From assembly GCF_964355755.1 (NCBI RefSeq), contig NC_092671.1, positions 2,914,001 through 2,978,000 of the forward strand: DNA of 64,000 nt, in the 5' to 3' direction. The translations under genes and the position numbers were made by a program. The stretch comes from Antedon mediterranea. Lineage: Eukaryota; Animalia; Echinodermata. The notes beneath the pieces are model-generated. The model saw only the letters and a list, made by a program, of their open reading frames with translations, did not search any database and was not told the DNA's origin. Below, in pieces: positions 61,793-64,000 of the stretch (within the stretch, counting starts at the first letter, position 1; each line of letters starts with the position of its first letter).

Positions 61793-62960
61793 CTGCAAAC
61801 AAAATGAACACATTTTTATTAATTTTTGGTGATATGAAAATTACATGATGATTTAAAAAAAAACCATTATCAGATATGAAAAACATAAAAATATAAGCAC
61901 TCAGAAACTAAGCGAAATACTTGGCAAACTATAGAGAGCGACAGAGAGTGTGCTATTTTATATTTTGGCACATATTGAAGATACAGATAACTCAAGACTT
62001 TGGTGTGTCACCAATATATTGATTTTCCTGAAAACTAATAAGCATGGTCTATTGGTATGTGGCATTATCGTGCAAACAAATGTACTACACGTGACAAAAT
62101 GTTATTTTGCCAAGTAAAAAAGAAACCCTAAAGCTCTGTTTACACTATCAAACTTTATGTGACAAAAAATGTGATGTGCCCATATATGGATATGATGATG
62201 TCATATCACTACCATATTTGGGCATATTACTACCATATTTGGGTAAATCACACCATTTTTGTCAAACTAGTTTGGAAAAGTTGATCATTGCTAAAAATGT
62301 CACATCATCATTTATAAATTCATGATTGATATGGGTTCTATTGTTCCCACAAATACAAACAATATTTTTCATAGTATGTTTTCATAAAGAAAAAAATAAA
62401 TCACATCGCAATATTTACAATTACAAACTCATTAGCGTAAAGTATTTAAAAAAAACGTTTATAGCTCAAGGGGTTTATTGTGCCAGTTTTCCACCTACTG
62501 GGTTGAGCCAATTTCTGATGCCTTAGTTACTTAATTTCTACTACAATTCATCTTTCATAACTGCATCAAATTACCATGTTAGTTAATTTGTCATATTATG
62601 TTGATATATCCCAACCCTCGGGGCAAAGCACTTAGAGAATAAAGGTAATGCATTTTAAAATAACGACTACCTGACACTTTTAGTTCAATGGTCAGTAACA
62701 TTTGATTGTTAATATGTAAACGTCGCAAATGATCAGGAATCCATTAAATAAATTTAAACTTGTCGTTTGTACAGTACATTCATGCTAAACATGACGATAT
62801 ATGAATTGAAAACTAGTTCTATTCAACTACCGTGCCAAGTATATAAGAACGCTGCCGATATAAGAACGTCTGCTGCAAAAAGCTAAACATTTCATTCCGG
62901 ATTTTGCTGCACAACTAAAGGCATTTCTAGGATATTTTAATATAATATGAATATAAAATA

Positions 62961-63381
62961 TTATACAACCAATGACTGTTTATGGTGTTGAATGGTGAGA
63001 ATATTTCATGAGTTGAAATTTACAACTGTTCTATTTACTGTTAATTAGTACCACTTTTCTGTTCAATGGAACAAAATGCACAAATCGAGGTATTTTTCAG
63101 CAGTTACCTAACACATTTAATAGGTTACGTGTTTGGATATTGATTATTTTATGATAGTTTAAATGTATTTAAGGGTAAAATCTCTATAATGTTGTGATCT
63201 TTGTTTATGTTTTTGTTGCTTATTGAATACATTTTTATAGTTTATTATGTTTAGATTCAACCTGTTAGTGGCGGTTTCATCGCTGTTGGTTGACAACTGA
63301 ATAAAATAAATAAAATAAATAACTAAAATAAATGATACATTAACCAATCAAATGGTAGAAATACTCTTGGGTGTGTTATAA
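62961..63381 (+). mobile_element. Non-autonomous element, possibly Crypton-like
   Basis: TTATAC...GTTATAA ends, no TIR body. Both ends are shared with 10850-11133. Confidence 0.5.
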
Positions 63382-64000
63382 AAAAAAAAAAAAAATTAAA
63401 AAAATTAACTAACTAAATAGAATATACCCTTGTTCCTTTGAATAAAATAGCAGTGATCATACTTAGTACAATACAAAGTAGTATTCTTCAAAACCAAAAA
63501 GTTATTGTAGTAAATATACAAGCTACATTGGACATAGAACACTTTTGAGGACTGACAAATAATGACAGGGTAACGATAGAGGTACAGTGTAGTAATCAAT
63601 GCTAAGTAACAAAATTAGCAATGCTTAAAATGAAAAATAAAACCGATTTCAGGAATACAAGACAACATTAGCATTAACACTGGAAATCTACTTGGAAAAG
63701 GATTGAACTGAAGACTTTAGAATTAGAACTGCGGTGCCACTAAAAACAAAAATAATCCTGTTTCACCTTAGTACATTGAACAAAAATAGAGTCTCTGGAT
63801 GTATAAACTGGAGATTGACATTCCACACACAGTTTAAGAATAAATTTCATCTATTTTAGGTATGAAACAAGATTTATTTATAATGATTCCCTCAGGGGAA
63901 ATGCAATAAGTCACATTTAATTTTAATGAAATGAGTTAAACAAACAAAGTTTAAACCAAATAACCCATCCCTCTTGTAAAACTACTACTAAAAACAAACT

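Overview
AT-rich, intron-containing animal genomic DNA, probably a marine invertebrate deuterostome and possibly an echinoderm (inferred from the repeat landscape). Two host genes, both on the minus strand and mostly missed by the ORF track, were reconstructed by hand from splice sites and reading phases. (1) The last four coding exons of a STAT5-like transcription factor (61792 to 53760: end of SH2, GYV phosphotyrosine segment, acidic tail). It has a candidate alternative terminal exon that has been tandemly amplified in the last intron. (2) A complete 143-aa secreted prepropeptide gene (45467 to 39436, five coding exons, TATA box, two 5' UTR exons). Its KR sites release a four-cysteine CX3C-X9-CX3C peptide that I cannot assign to a known family. 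A diverged, same-phase copy of the Cys-peptide exon lies about 21 kb further downstream (20697-20786). The rest of the window is a transposon mosaic: an intact, very young BEL/Pao LTR retrotransposon (13479-20195), the 5' part of a THAP-DDE Kolobok-like transposon, a 3.7-kb Sola3-like element, two Penelope fragments (one a 408-bp inverted repeat carrying two hammerhead ribozymes), L2/CR1/Tx1 LINE fragments, tRNA- and 5S-derived SINEs, many MITEs and several tandem repeats.
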